Source: an uncultured Candidatus Saccharibacteria bacterium (lineage in GTDB: Bacteria; Patescibacteriota; Minisyncoccia; Ryanbacterales; HO2-45-13). Taken from it: 64,000 bases of DNA. Made by a program: the position numbers and the translations under genes. Below the pieces are notes generated by a model that was given only the letters and a program-made list of their open reading frames with translations, was not told where the DNA came from and did no database searches. The stretch lies in contig CAYHBS010000004.1 in assembly GCA_964354975.1 (NCBI GenBank), positions 3,614 to 67,613 on the forward strand. Direction: 5' to 3'. Shown in pieces: positions 49,934-60,214 of the stretch (within the stretch, counting starts at the first letter, position 1; every line of letters begins with the position of its first letter).

Positions 49934-51142
49934 CTAAAATGCGGTACCGAGACTGTAGAGCGGAAGAAGCACCGAGGCAACAAGAAATGCCACGCCCCCT
50001 CCCAAAATAAGAATCATCGCTGGCTCGATGATGGAAACGAAATTTTCGACAAGCGAATCTACTTCGCGGCGGTAAAATCGGGAAAGAGACTCAAGCATGG
50101 TATTCATCTTTCCCGCTTCCTCTCCAATGCGCATCATCTGGGTGACGAGCACGGGAATATCCGCGTGACGAGACAGCGCGTCCGAAATGGTAGACCCTCC
50201 TTTCACCGCCTCAATTGCCTCTACGATAATATCTTGATAAACAACACTCCCCATCACCGATGCAGTCACTTCGAGGGATCGAATAACCGGAACTCCGGCG
50301 GAAAGTAATGTCTGTAAATTGTCGCAAAATCGCGCCATATATATCTTGCGCTCAAGTGTGCCAAGCACAGGGAGTGCAAGTAAAAATCGCTCCCATGCAA
50401 GTTGCCCCGCTGGCGTATGAACAAATCTCCATAAAAATGACCCTGCGATACCTACGAGCACAAAGATGACAATCCAAAACGCTCTAAAAAATTCTCCGGT
50501 GCCGATGACAATGCGAGTGTAAATCGGCAGTTCAATATTTTGCTCTTTAAAAATGGTTGCGAGATTTGGGATCACAATAGTGAGCATCAGCATCATGACA
50601 ATCAGGAAGGCGAGCATCACGAACGCGGGATACACCAGCGCGTTCCGCGCCTTGTTTCGTAACTCGTATTGGCGCTCTAAGTAGTCCGCAAGATAATTAA
50701 ATACCTGTCCTAATTTTCCGGATTCCTCTCCGGACCGCACCATATTGACATAAAACTCGGAAAACAACTTCGGATGTTTTGTCATCGCGGCCGACATTGG
50801 CTGTCCTCCTTGAATATCCTCGAGTACTTGTTGGAGAATGGTGCGAATGGTATTTTTTTCTACCTCCCCCGCCATGGTTTTGAGCGCTTCCAGTACCGGA
50901 ATTTTTGCGTCAAAGAGTGTGGCGAGCTGTCGAGAAATAAGTACCACATCACGATTACTCACGCGCTCCAGTGAAACCCCAAGCATCGCCGCAAGCCCTC
51001 CCTCGGATCCCGATGGCACCACATTCACCACAATAAAGTTACGGCGCTGAAGTCCTTCGATCGCCGCATCCATAGAAACGGCTTCAAGCTGCCCTTCTTT
51101 GAGGGCGCCGTCGGTGGTGCGAACCTTGTAGTTAAATAACAT
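49934..51142 (-). CDS. pilC: Type IV pilus platform protein PilC (GspF family)
   Basis: SRQLATL, GEESGKL, ALVYP, GEEAGKM, IIEP. Confidence 0.95.
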   Translation of the reverse strand: MLFNYKVRTTDGALKEGQLEAVSMDAAIEGLQRRNFIVVNVVPSGSEGGLAAMLGVSLERVSNRDVVLISRQLATLFDAKIPVLEALKTMAGEVEKNTIRTILQQVLEDIQGGQPMSAAMTKHPKLFSEFYVNMVRSGEESGKLGQVFNYLADYLERQYELRNKARNALVYPAFVMLAFLIVMMLMLTIVIPNLATIFKEQNIELPIYTRIVIGTGEFFRAFWIVIFVLVGIAGSFLWRFVHTPAGQLAWERFLLALPVLGTLERKIYMARFCDNLQTLLSAGVPVIRSLEVTASVMGSVVYQDIIVEAIEAVKGGSTISDALSRHADIPVLVTQMMRIGEEAGKMNTMLESLSRFYRREVDSLVENFVSIIEPAMILILGGGVAFLVASVLLPLYSLGTAF

Positions 51143-51263
51143 GGGGAAGAATTTCTAATTTCTAAATCATTAAATCACAAGAACATGAAAACATGGGAGC
51201 GGGGAGGGGGTTGAAGGCCACACATCTCATGGGGCAATTAATCATATCAATCACCTGCGGTGA

Positions 51264-52328
51264 TTACCTAAGAAGTAATTTAAACTCATCCGGTTTCAAG
51301 CTGTAATTGATTGCGTGTTCCAGCGACACCTCTCCGCGCTTTACAAGATCCACCAGCGAGCGGTTGAGACTTACCATTCCCTCCTGCGAGCTCGTGTCAA
51401 TGACCATTGGAATTTCGTGCGTCTTCCCTTCTCGTATCAGGTTCCGCACCGCAGAGTTTGCAATGAGGAGTTCATACGCAGGAATGAGTCCTCCGGATAT
51501 CCGGGGGATGAGTCGCTGCGAAAAAATACCAATCATGGTGGCGGCGAGTTGCGCGCGAATCTGCTGCTGTTGATGCCCCGGAAAACTATCGAGAATACGA
51601 TCAATCGTTTGCGAGGCGGAGTTGGTGTGCAGCGACGAAAAAATCAGGTGCCCGGTTTCTGCGGCGGTCACTGCGGCTGACATGGTTTCTGGGTCTCTCA
51701 TTTCACCGATCATCCCCACGTTTACATCTTGGCGAAACATTGCGCGAAGCGCGCTTGCAAAATCAGATGCATCGATGCCAATTTCACGCTGACTGATGAC
51801 AGATCTGTCCTGCGTAAACATGTACTCAATAGGATCTTCGATCGTCACAATGTGTTCCGCTCGCGTGTGGTTGATGAGATCCACCAGCGCCGCGAGCGTC
51901 GTTGATTTCCCGTGTCCCGTGGGGCCGGCAATCAAGAAAAACCCTTGCTCGCGGAGCGTGAACTCTTTTAAAATCTGCGGGACACCAAGGTCTTCAATGG
52001 TACGAATATGTACCGGAATCAGGCGAAGCGCGGCACCCATAAATCCGCTGTAAAAAAATGAGTTCACGCGGAAGCGCGCCTGCTCGGCGTGCTGATATGA
52101 AAAATCGAGTGAACGACGGCGCAAAAACTCTTCTTTCCTTCCGGCCGGGATGAGCGCACTCACAAGTCCTTCGGTTATTTCAGGGGTGAGTAAATTTTTT
52201 TTCGTAAGCGCAACCAGTTCCCCATTGACACGAATAGTTGGATACCGCCCCACGGCAATATGTAAGTCAGACGCATTCTCGCGAAGTACGGTCTCTACTA
52301 AATCTCGTATTTCTTCTCGGTAATCCAT
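51264..52328 (-). CDS. pilT: Retraction ATPase PilT
   Basis: ASDLHI, GPTGHGKSTT, TIEDPIE, GEMRD, AAETGHL, AVRNLIRE. Confidence 0.96.
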   Translation of the reverse strand: MDYREEIRDLVETVLRENASDLHIAVGRYPTIRVNGELVALTKKNLLTPEITEGLVSALIPAGRKEEFLRRRSLDFSYQHAEQARFRVNSFFYSGFMGAALRLIPVHIRTIEDLGVPQILKEFTLREQGFFLIAGPTGHGKSTTLAALVDLINHTRAEHIVTIEDPIEYMFTQDRSVISQREIGIDASDFASALRAMFRQDVNVGMIGEMRDPETMSAAVTAAETGHLIFSSLHTNSASQTIDRILDSFPGHQQQQIRAQLAATMIGIFSQRLIPRISGGLIPAYELLIANSAVRNLIREGKTHEIPMVIDTSSQEGMVSLNRSLVDLVKRGEVSLEHAINYSLKPDEFKLLLR

Positions 52329-52712
52329 TTACGAATGTGAACTGATAATCTGTTTTACTTTTTCAACGATCTCCGTTGGTGTGGAATATGCCTTTAACAT
52401 ATAGTCCGTTGCACCATGCGCCATACATTTTTCCTTACCTTCCTCTTCGCCGAGATTCGTCAGTACGAGCACTGGAGTCGTTTTTGTAATACCAAGTCTA
52501 TCAAGCTCCTCGATAAGATCAAAGCCGTTGGTGTGTGGCATAATCATGTCGGAAATAATCAACTGATACTTTCCTGGCGCTATTTTTGTGAGCGCTTCCT
52601 TTCCGTCGCGCGCAAACTCAAGATTAAATCCGGCTTGCTTAAACTTGAGCGCATACATTTCGAGCACAAACTCATCGTCATCGACAAAGAGTATGGCATT
52701 GGTATCGCTCAT
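52329..52712 (-). CDS. Single-domain response regulator
   Basis: VDDD, SDMIMP, LTN, K receiver motifs. Confidence 0.92.
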   Translation of the reverse strand: MSDTNAILFVDDDEFVLEMYALKFKQAGFNLEFARDGKEALTKIAPGKYQLIISDMIMPHTNGFDLIEELDRLGITKTTPVLVLTNLGEEEGKEKCMAHGATDYMLKAYSTPTEIVEKVKQIISSHS

Positions 52713-52723
52713 GAGTATATCTA

Positions 52724-54445
52724 TTATAGCGCGACCTCGGAGAGACTCTCAAGGCCAATTTCTCCTTTAAAGACTTTTACGAGACCGTCTTGGCGAAGCA
52801 CAATCATACCTTGGCGTTTTGCCTCTCTCGAAATGGTGGCTTCAGTGGCGCCTTTGGCAATAATTTCCTCAAGTTCTGGCGTCATGGAAAGCACCTCCGT
52901 AATGGCAAGTCGTCCTCGCGTGCCTTTCGGACATGTCGGCGATGGTTTTGCTTCATATATCGTGTCCGGAATTTTGACCTTTTTCTTGAGGTGATCGGGG
53001 AACACTTCATACTCTGCCTCTAACTGCTCTTTCAATTTTCCCGTCACGGGTATTTCGGTACGCGAGTCTGGGCACAGTGTACGTGTCAGACGTTGCGCGA
53101 TGGCAAGCACCAGAGTCGGCGCAATAAGATACGGATCCACCCCCATATCAATAAGGCGCGGAATGACTCCAACGGAATCGTTGGTGTGCAACGTAGAAAG
53201 CACCAAGTGACCGGTGAGCGCGGCATGAATTGCAAGTTGCGCGGTTTCTTTATCGCGAATTTCTCCCACCATAATAACGTCGGGGTCTTGGCGAAGTACC
53301 GAACGGAGTCCGCTCGCAAACGAATAATCGATTTCAGGGCGTACCTGCGATTGATTGAGTCCTTCAATGTAATATTCGATGGGGTCTTCCAAACTCACAA
53401 TGTTGCGTCCCTCATCGTTAATAATTTGCAACATTGCGTAGAGTGTGGTGGATTTTCCGGATCCGGTAGGACCGGTAATAAGCACCATACCGAACGGACG
53501 CTTCAGACCTTCTTGAATGAGCTGTAAATTTTTTCCGGTGTATCCGAGATTTTCAAGATCATTGACGCCACGCGATGGATCCAGAATACGAATCGCTACT
53601 TTTTCTCCGTAATATGTGGGAAACGTGGAAACACGAAAATCAATGTCATTTCCGTCGAGTGATACTTTAAATCTGCCGTCTTGTGGCTTGCGCTTCTCGT
53701 CGATTTTGAGATTCGACATAATCTTGATACGCGAAATCACCGCTTCGTGCACGCGCATTGGAAGTAAAATACTCGTGTAGAGCACACCGTCCACACGAAA
53801 ACGCACACGGAGTTTTTCCTTCCCTGGTTCAATATGAATGTCGGAAGCGCGCCCTTCAATCGCGTGGCGAATAATCACCTGTACTGTTTTTGTAATTGGA
53901 GCGTCCTCCTTGATTTGCTCAATTGCATCCTCGCGAGTTGCCTTTATTTCCATCTCCGACTCTTTCTTCTGCTCATCGGCCTGCATCACCGACAACGCCT
54001 CTTCTACCTCTCCGGAAAGTCCCCCATAGTTTTTGATGACCGATTCGAAATCGGACTGCGAAATGAGATAAATGCGAAACGCGCGGTTTGTCCCGGACGA
54101 AATAAACTGGAGCGCCTCGCGCGCCTCAATGTCTTCGGGATTGACCATGCCCACTTCCAAAATACCGTCGTCGCTCAATGCAAGTGGTACAAATTTATAC
54201 TGCGTCGCAGTATCTTTCGGGATGAATTTGAGCGTATCAAACTCAATGGTTTTTTCTGTCACGTGGCGCGCCGGTATACCAAGGAGCGCGGATTTTGCCT
54301 CCAGTATCCGCTCCTTTGCAACGCCGCGACGCACGAGTATTTCCTCTGGATCCGCGCCAGAAACACGCGCTTCATTACGAATCGCGGACGCGTCATCAAG
54401 CGTTATGGTATTTTGTGCGACAAGGACGTCGAGCAGGGATTGCAT
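52724..54445 (-). CDS. pilB: Assembly ATPase PilB (GspE family)
   Basis: ASDIHIEP, RFRVDG, GPTGSGKSTTLY, LRQDPD, TGHLVLSTLHTN. Confidence 0.95.
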   Translation of the reverse strand: MQSLLDVLVAQNTITLDDASAIRNEARVSGADPEEILVRRGVAKERILEAKSALLGIPARHVTEKTIEFDTLKFIPKDTATQYKFVPLALSDDGILEVGMVNPEDIEAREALQFISSGTNRAFRIYLISQSDFESVIKNYGGLSGEVEEALSVMQADEQKKESEMEIKATREDAIEQIKEDAPITKTVQVIIRHAIEGRASDIHIEPGKEKLRVRFRVDGVLYTSILLPMRVHEAVISRIKIMSNLKIDEKRKPQDGRFKVSLDGNDIDFRVSTFPTYYGEKVAIRILDPSRGVNDLENLGYTGKNLQLIQEGLKRPFGMVLITGPTGSGKSTTLYAMLQIINDEGRNIVSLEDPIEYYIEGLNQSQVRPEIDYSFASGLRSVLRQDPDVIMVGEIRDKETAQLAIHAALTGHLVLSTLHTNDSVGVIPRLIDMGVDPYLIAPTLVLAIAQRLTRTLCPDSRTEIPVTGKLKEQLEAEYEVFPDHLKKKVKIPDTIYEAKPSPTCPKGTRGRLAITEVLSMTPELEEIIAKGATEATISREAKRQGMIVLRQDGLVKVFKGEIGLESLSEVAL

Positions 54446-54460
54446 AGCATAGGAAGAATA

Positions 54461-54787
54461 CTAGAACGGAAGGAATGGGTTTGCATTCCGGTAATTGGTT
54501 GGTGGATCAATACGCACCGATCCGTCACGAAGCGCACGAAATTGTGGGTCCTGAAACATCTGGCTATTGAGTTTAATCTCCCCATTTTCTTCTGGAATGG
54601 CGTCAATTCGATTCAGCGTCTCTACTACCTCCCGATACATTCCTGCCGATTCCGCGGTACCGGATTGCGTAATGGTTCCGTCGGAAGCGGGCGCGCGCAT
54701 GCTGTAATACAGCACCACCACTCCTCCAACAAGCACCAGAAGAAGAATGAAAATGATATTTTGATTTGTACCTCCGGAGTCTTGCAT
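54461..54787 (-). CDS. Membrane-anchored pilus-associated protein (PilP position)
   Basis: TM helix and C-terminal NPF, downstream of pilO. Confidence 0.6.
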   Translation of the reverse strand: MQDSGGTNQNIIFILLLVLVGGVVVLYYSMRAPASDGTITQSGTAESAGMYREVVETLNRIDAIPEENGEIKLNSQMFQDPQFRALRDGSVRIDPPTNYRNANPFLPF

Positions 54788-54788
54788 A

Positions 54789-55310
54789 TTATTCGCCAAC
54801 GTAATATGATTTTGCGTTGATATTAAAAGAATATTCGTCAGATTCCCCTGCTGTGAACGCAACGGTTTGCATATCAGTGAGGCGTACCATGTATTCAATC
54901 TCATTCAAAAAATTAATGAGCGCTCCGTACGTGCCTTTCACACCAATCGTCACATCGAGTGTGGAGAGATTTCCTTCATCCCCTGTCTTTCCGCTTGGTT
55001 TGAGCGCCAAAGATTCGAGTTCTACGTTCCCGCGAGACACCATACCATTGAGCATGAGCAGCATATCTTCACGAGAAGATCCCGTGGGAATCATTTTATC
55101 CAACTTCTCGCGGTCCCCAGGGGAAATGGTATTAAAACTTGTCTGCATCTGATCAAGTTTCATTTTTGCGCGTTCAATGTGAGCCACTTTCTGTTCAAGA
55201 TCGTCCAGTTCCACCCGCACTCCCCCAATGTCAGCCCAAATATTTGTGCCAATTGCGTACATCGCGCCGAGTGATCCCAGAATGAGTATGATTCCTAATA
55301 AATTTTTCAT
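54789..55310 (-). CDS. pilO: PilO-like protein
   Basis: TM, coiled coil, GTYGALINFLNEIE...RL; operon position. Confidence 0.8.
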   Translation of the reverse strand: MKNLLGIILILGSLGAMYAIGTNIWADIGGVRVELDDLEQKVAHIERAKMKLDQMQTSFNTISPGDREKLDKMIPTGSSREDMLLMLNGMVSRGNVELESLALKPSGKTGDEGNLSTLDVTIGVKGTYGALINFLNEIEYMVRLTDMQTVAFTAGESDEYSFNINAKSYYVGE

Positions 55311-55888
55311 GGGTTGGAAGTGGGGGTCACTTGAGACCCGATACGCGGAAGCGCATTGGCCTTTACTATTAACGCGACCGAAAACGATATTGATTTATCA
55401 TCTCCAAGTTGCATATTATCAAACTCTACTTTTTCGATATTGGGATTTTGTCGGTATCCCACAAGCTGTTCTGCAAATGCACGGTCAGTTTTTGCAACGG
55501 CGGAAAGGGTAATCGAACGCGTGGTTGGCACATATGCAAATGACGTATAGCGGACATCGCGCGTGGTGGCGCGTTCAAGAATATCAAACACGGGAGAAAC
55601 GCGTGTGTGTGCATTTAGCAGTGTCACCCCACGATCAATAGAGTCTGCAAAATTAAGCAGGGATTTTTTCTCTGGTGTCGCAACGTCATTTTTAAACACT
55701 TCAATTTGTGCGCGTGCATTATTCCTTTGACGGATAAGATACTGTTTGTATCCATAGAGTCCTCCAATCAGGATGAGTGCCATCACTACAAAAATGAACC
55801 CCATCACGAGGGTAAACGAAACAGGTTCCCGCCGCGAAATGGGAAGCGGTGCGCGCGTTGGCATAGGTGGCAAAGGTACGCCTGACAT
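55307..55888 (-). CDS. pilN: PilN-like protein
   Basis: TM, coiled coil and alpha/beta domain, located between pilM and pilO. Confidence 0.7.
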   Translation of the reverse strand: MSGVPLPPMPTRAPLPISRREPVSFTLVMGFIFVVMALILIGGLYGYKQYLIRQRNNARAQIEVFKNDVATPEKKSLLNFADSIDRGVTLLNAHTRVSPVFDILERATTRDVRYTSFAYVPTTRSITLSAVAKTDRAFAEQLVGYRQNPNIEKVEFDNMQLGDDKSISFSVALIVKANALPRIGSQVTPTSNP

Positions 55889-55943
55889 GTAGCTGTCTAT
55901 ATTCTACACGAAAGTAGCACGACTGTGATGTGCATATCTGATA

Positions 55944-57041
55944 TTACCGTGCGTTAAATCCCGCAAACGCGAGTCCCACAGCAACGGCAAATGGTGGAGC
56001 AATTGATTTTGCAATAGGTTCCATAGCGGCGGGATACTCAAGGAGCATAAATGGATTTCCGAGCGCGGTCTCAAGTCCAAAAAATTGCGCTGCGTATTCC
56101 ACAAGTCCGGGAAGTAACGCGGTGCCCCCGACCAGTATGACTTTCGTTGCATCATGTCCAACGGTTTTTTGGTAATGCCTCCGAAGCCGTTCGACATCTT
56201 GAAAGATTGCATCAATAACTGGAAGAAGGGTAGCGCGTACTTCGCGCGTTTCTGGGCGATCGATAATACCAGAAGAACGTTTCATTTCTTCCGCGCGCTG
56301 AAATTCTACGTTCATTGCTTGTGCAAGCGTGAGCGTTAAATTTTGTCCGCCACGTTCACTTCCCAGTACGCTACGAATGCTCCCCTGTTCTACAATGGCA
56401 ATTTTTGTTGTTGCCGCTCCAACATCTATCACAACGGTTGGTGTGCGAATGCGCCCAATGACGCTTCGCACCGCGCTCGACACCTCAAGTTCAATGACTG
56501 CAGAAGAGAGTCCAACGCTGTCGACAATGCGCGCATAGTACGATTCCATTTCGCGCTGCAGTGCGGTGAGTAAAATTGGAATTTTCCCTTGTTTCTGCTG
56601 TTGTTCTTCGGGAGAGAGTTGAATATATTCCCATGACGTATTCACCTCTGAAATTGGGAGCGGAATATATTTACGTGCCTCAAATTGCACGGTGGATGCA
56701 ATTTCTGCAGCAGGCATTTGCGGAAGCTCTAACATTTTCATAAATCCATATCGGAGGGGTAGCGCGATTGCCGCAGCACGTGCAGTTGCCTCTGATTCTT
56801 TGAGGAGATCTTTGAGCATTTGAGAAAGTCGTTCGTCAGTGGGCGCGACCACGCGACCAATCTCTCTTCCTTCGTATATGCCCGTGGATAGTTCTCCGTA
56901 CGTAGAAAGTACCGCGCGATCTTTAAGGAGTTGCACCTGGGCAATTTTGATCGAAGCGGCGCCAATATCCACACCGATCACCGTGCCCGGCGCGGACTTT
57001 TTCGACCCAAAAATTTTCAGTTTTCCCAACTGAAATCCCAT
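55944..57041 (-). CDS. pilM: Type IV pilus assembly protein PilM
   Basis: IGVDIG, EARKYIP, IDVGA, LVGGTALLPG, AVAVGLA. Confidence 0.93.
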   Translation of the reverse strand: MGFQLGKLKIFGSKKSAPGTVIGVDIGAASIKIAQVQLLKDRAVLSTYGELSTGIYEGREIGRVVAPTDERLSQMLKDLLKESEATARAAAIALPLRYGFMKMLELPQMPAAEIASTVQFEARKYIPLPISEVNTSWEYIQLSPEEQQQKQGKIPILLTALQREMESYYARIVDSVGLSSAVIELEVSSAVRSVIGRIRTPTVVIDVGAATTKIAIVEQGSIRSVLGSERGGQNLTLTLAQAMNVEFQRAEEMKRSSGIIDRPETREVRATLLPVIDAIFQDVERLRRHYQKTVGHDATKVILVGGTALLPGLVEYAAQFFGLETALGNPFMLLEYPAAMEPIAKSIAPPFAVAVGLAFAGFNAR

Positions 57042-57068
57042 TCCTGCAAAGTAGTATATCATGGAGTC

Positions 57069-57773
57069 ATGAACACACGTGAGCGCGCTTGGGAATATCT
57101 GTGCACACAGATTGGGTCATTGTTGTTCCCTTCGTACTGCGTTGGTTGTCATACGCCGCACACATTACTGTGTCATGCATGTGCCGGCGTGCTCTTCGCT
57201 CCTCCCTCAAAATGCTTACTCTGTGCGCGTCCGGTGCTTGGTGGAATATGTAGAGATTGCGCAAAGAAAAGCGCGATAACACACATCGATGCATATGCTC
57301 CCTACAGGCACCCGCTTGCGCGTGCGCTTGTCACGGGAACAAAGTACCACTATGAACACGCGCTTGCACGTCCAATCGGTACACTCCTTGCAACGCTTCT
57401 TACAGATGTTCCCGCAAACTCGTTGTTCGTACCAATCCCGCTTCATAGAAAAAAACTCCGCGAGCGCGGATTCAATCAATCACACCTCATAGCGCGAAGT
57501 ATTGCAGCAGAGCTCCATATTCCTATCGAAGAAACCGATTCGCTCTATCGTACGCGCTACACTCCCCCACAAGCGCGCACGACGTCCCGAAAAGAACGGC
57601 GCGCACATCTTGCCTCCGCATTTGCTCTTCAAAATACAACGGTGTTGACGGGAAAACACCTCATCCTCGTCGATGATGTCATCACCAGCGGCGCTACTGC
57701 ACGCGAAGCAGCGCGCACCCTTGTGCGCGCTGCTCCCGCATCTATTCGCGTGCTCGCATTTGCGTACGGCTAA
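57069..57773 (+). CDS. comF: Competence protein ComF (double Zn ribbon plus PRTase)
   Basis: Four CxxC, VPIPLH...RGFNQS, LVDDVITSGAT. Confidence 0.93.
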   Translation: MNTRERAWEYLCTQIGSLLFPSYCVGCHTPHTLLCHACAGVLFAPPSKCLLCARPVLGGICRDCAKKSAITHIDAYAPYRHPLARALVTGTKYHYEHALARPIGTLLATLLTDVPANSLFVPIPLHRKKLRERGFNQSHLIARSIAAELHIPIEETDSLYRTRYTPPQARTTSRKERRAHLASAFALQNTTVLTGKHLILVDDVITSGATAREAARTLVRAAPASIRVLAFAYG

Positions 57774-58498
57774 ATCACCAGCTCTCTTCGCTTTCCTTTC
57801 ACTTCCACAATACTGGTGGACGCAATATATGCCGCCATTGCGCTCGCGAGCGCAAGAAGTCTCGTCACCGGAATAACTGCGCCGGTTGCAATACCCATCT
57901 CTTCAAGCGACCCGGAGATGGCGAGTACCATCACGGAGAGTGTTGCAAACAACACAAATTTTCGTTCAATGTGTGGAATGCGTTGGTCAAAGAGCGCCCG
58001 AAGCATCATGAGTCCCGCCACAAAGAGTGCGGGCACAATTGCAATGGCATACAATTCTTGAGAAAATTTCGTCAATACAAATGTATTCGTAAAGAACGCT
58101 TCACCGTGCACCTGCAGACCAAACACGAAGACCGACCACGTAAAAATAAGCGCAAGTGACATAAGTGGAATGAAGAGTAGCCAAAGTGCTCTGCGATTTT
58201 GCAAACGCGCGTGAAAAAAAATGATGAGTGTCACCAGTGCGATACCAATACCAATTTGAGAAAGAAGTGAAAAGTTATAAGAAAGTGGACCCTTCCCTTT
58301 CCAAAGTAAAAAATCAGAAAATCCGGTGAACATCCAGACGATACCGATAATAAACCAGAAGAGCGAAAAAAAGAGCGCCTGGAGGTGAATGTTGAGCGCC
58401 ACAAGGTCGCGCTTGCGTAAAAAATAATAGAACTGCGCAATCGCGATGAGCGCAATTGATCCGGCAACAAGCGCCATAAAGAGCATGCCGTTTGTCAT
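57770..58498 (-). CDS. Multi-pass (about 7 TM) membrane protein
   Basis: Hydrophobic helices throughout; leaderless -10 TATACT upstream. Confidence 0.7.
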   Translation of the reverse strand: MTNGMLFMALVAGSIALIAIAQFYYFLRKRDLVALNIHLQALFFSLFWFIIGIVWMFTGFSDFLLWKGKGPLSYNFSLLSQIGIGIALVTLIIFFHARLQNRRALWLLFIPLMSLALIFTWSVFVFGLQVHGEAFFTNTFVLTKFSQELYAIAIVPALFVAGLMMLRALFDQRIPHIERKFVLFATLSVMVLAISGSLEEMGIATGAVIPVTRLLALASAMAAYIASTSIVEVKGKRRELVI

Positions 58499-58672
58499 AC
58501 TATATATAGTATACGCGATAGCGCTGCGGCGGTGCAGCGCTCCTGTTGATGGCCCTCACACCAGAATGCAGAGACTATGACACATGCAAATGACTCTGGG
58601 TGCGCATTCGGTGTGGGGTTTCGCGTTTCTCACTCACCAACCACACGTGAGATGGTGTGTTTCGAGAAATGC

Positions 58673-59398
58673 TCAATTTTTCGGCGTACCTGGAACCACC
58701 TCGGTGGACACTACGCGGATCTTGTCAGCGGTAAATTGATAGAAAATCTTGAGCGTTGGTAAATCGGGACAACACCGTGCGGCGTCCGCCGAGTAACCGG
58801 GAACGGTTTCAACCACCATATTGCGCTCCACGTGCACTTCGTTGTACCCCATGAATTGATAGTTTTTCCCGTCCAGCACGCCGTCAAGTAGTGTTCCTCG
58901 TGGATATACGTTCGCTTTCCCGTTACGCAGCGTAATGATTTCCCATTCCATCGATGTGCCCGTTCCCGCATATTCTTTTTTCACGACAAGTACTTTACTA
59001 CTCGCAGTGTCAAGCGTGTCGAGCTCTATTGATTCAGGGGCTTCTTTGTCGGCGTCAGCGCGGTATACAGTTTCCCATTTTCCATCCTCACAAACATCAA
59101 TAACAAGACCGGATGATGGAAGCAGATAGTCATCATTTCCGGCAGATTTGAATGTGCGCACGAGCTCAATCTCACTTGTTGCGTCCATTTCAATCGTCCG
59201 CTCTTCTGTCACGTTGCCAGTGGTAATGCTTGGAGCGTCCGCGATATCACATTTCGTATTTTCTGGACTGGCAATTTGTCCTGCTTGGTACGCAAGCTCT
59301 CTCCCACTTTGCGTTCGTGTGAGATACACACCCCCCACGAGCACGATGATTGCCACACTAATACCAAGTAGGCGCGAACGAGATATGTGTGAAGGCAT
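58673..59398 (-). CDS. Membrane-anchored secreted protein (LppP/LprE-like C-terminus)
   Basis: N-terminal TM, Y...DA.RCCP motif. Confidence 0.6.
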   Translation of the reverse strand: MPSHISRSRLLGISVAIIVLVGGVYLTRTQSGRELAYQAGQIASPENTKCDIADAPSITTGNVTEERTIEMDATSEIELVRTFKSAGNDDYLLPSSGLVIDVCEDGKWETVYRADADKEAPESIELDTLDTASSKVLVVKKEYAGTGTSMEWEIITLRNGKANVYPRGTLLDGVLDGKNYQFMGYNEVHVERNMVVETVPGYSADAARCCPDLPTLKIFYQFTADKIRVVSTEVVPGTPKN

Positions 59399-59459
59399 AA
59401 GTGCTCTTTATCATACAATCCTGAGGCGCACACATCAAAGCCATATGTGCGACAAACCC

Positions 59460-59499
59460 AATGTGCAACTTTTCCGCGGTCGCGGAAAAGTTGCACATT
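59460..59499. repeat. 19-bp inverted repeat hairpin (REP-like or terminator)
   Basis: AATGTGCAACTTTTCCGCG-GT-CGCGGAAAAGTTGCACATT. Confidence 0.85.
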
Positions 59500-59566
59500 C
59501 GTTATGAACGCAACACACAACATCAACAGAAAAGCGCCGTCGTCTTACGACTCGGGCGCTTGGTGT

Positions 59567-59764
59567 TCAACACTTGGTGAGTGCCACGGCGGGATAGAGC
59601 ACACCATCAGCACCCTCGCGCAAAGTGATCTTTCCAACCACGCGCGCGATTATGGTCTCACAACGCGTCACCACTACTACTGCGGGCGTGCCCATGCTGA
59701 CGCTTTCATCGCACATCGACACGTCGATCAGATGGGCACAATTCGGATTTACGCACTGCTCCAT
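59567..59764 (-). CDS. Small Cys-containing hypothetical protein
   Basis: GGAGG SD, CVNPNC; last gene of a tight operon. Confidence 0.5.
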   Translation of the reverse strand: MEQCVNPNCAHLIDVSMCDESVSMGTPAVVVVTRCETIIARVVGKITLREGADGVLYPAVALTKC

Positions 59765-59766
59765 GT

Positions 59767-59976
59767 TTAATCCCTCCCAAACTCTCTATCCATCGCGTGA
59801 TTGAGAGCAATCTTGGCCAGAAGCTCTGGCAACTGTGCATCCAGCCACTTTGCCGTCTTGGCCAACCGTACGACATCAAGATCAACTGATGGCTTTGTAC
59901 GCCAGAGCTCGTCGCGGATCGGCGCATCAATGATGCCGTTTGTGATGAGAATCCGATCAAACTCTGATCTCTCCAT
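59767..59976 (-). CDS. Hypothetical protein
   Basis: GGAG SD, tightly coupled to its neighbours. Confidence 0.55.
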   Translation of the reverse strand: MERSEFDRILITNGIIDAPIRDELWRTKPSVDLDVVRLAKTAKWLDAQLPELLAKIALNHAMDREFGRD

Positions 59977-59977
59977 C

Positions 59978-60214
59978 TTACTCCCTCCTCATGGAACTTT
60001 TATGTATTTCACCAACCGGGCGCGTGGACATACGATTGAGCTCGCGACCGCACTTCGGACAATTGTCTGTTGTCACAGAACGGCCAGCTAACGCTCCCTC
60101 GAGCATTATGGAAACGAACTGTGTCACCTTGTATGGATCGTGCGCACCGCTGATGACCATATACGTCACGGGGTAATTGCAACCGTTGCATTCTCGGCGC
60201 TCCTCGTGCATCAT
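59978..60214 (-). CDS. Small Zn-ribbon protein
   Basis: CNGC...CPKC; ATG overlaps the pyrD stop; GAGGAGG SD. Confidence 0.6.
   Translation of the reverse strand: MMHEERRECNGCNYPVTYMVISGAHDPYKVTQFVSIMLEGALAGRSVTTDNCPKCGRELNRMSTRPVGEIHKSSMRRE

Noticed and set aside
53834-54820. Long antisense ORFs (328 aa here; also 19285-20091 and many within rpoB/rpoC)
   Set aside because: Shadows of well-supported genes on the opposite strand, with no motifs of their own.
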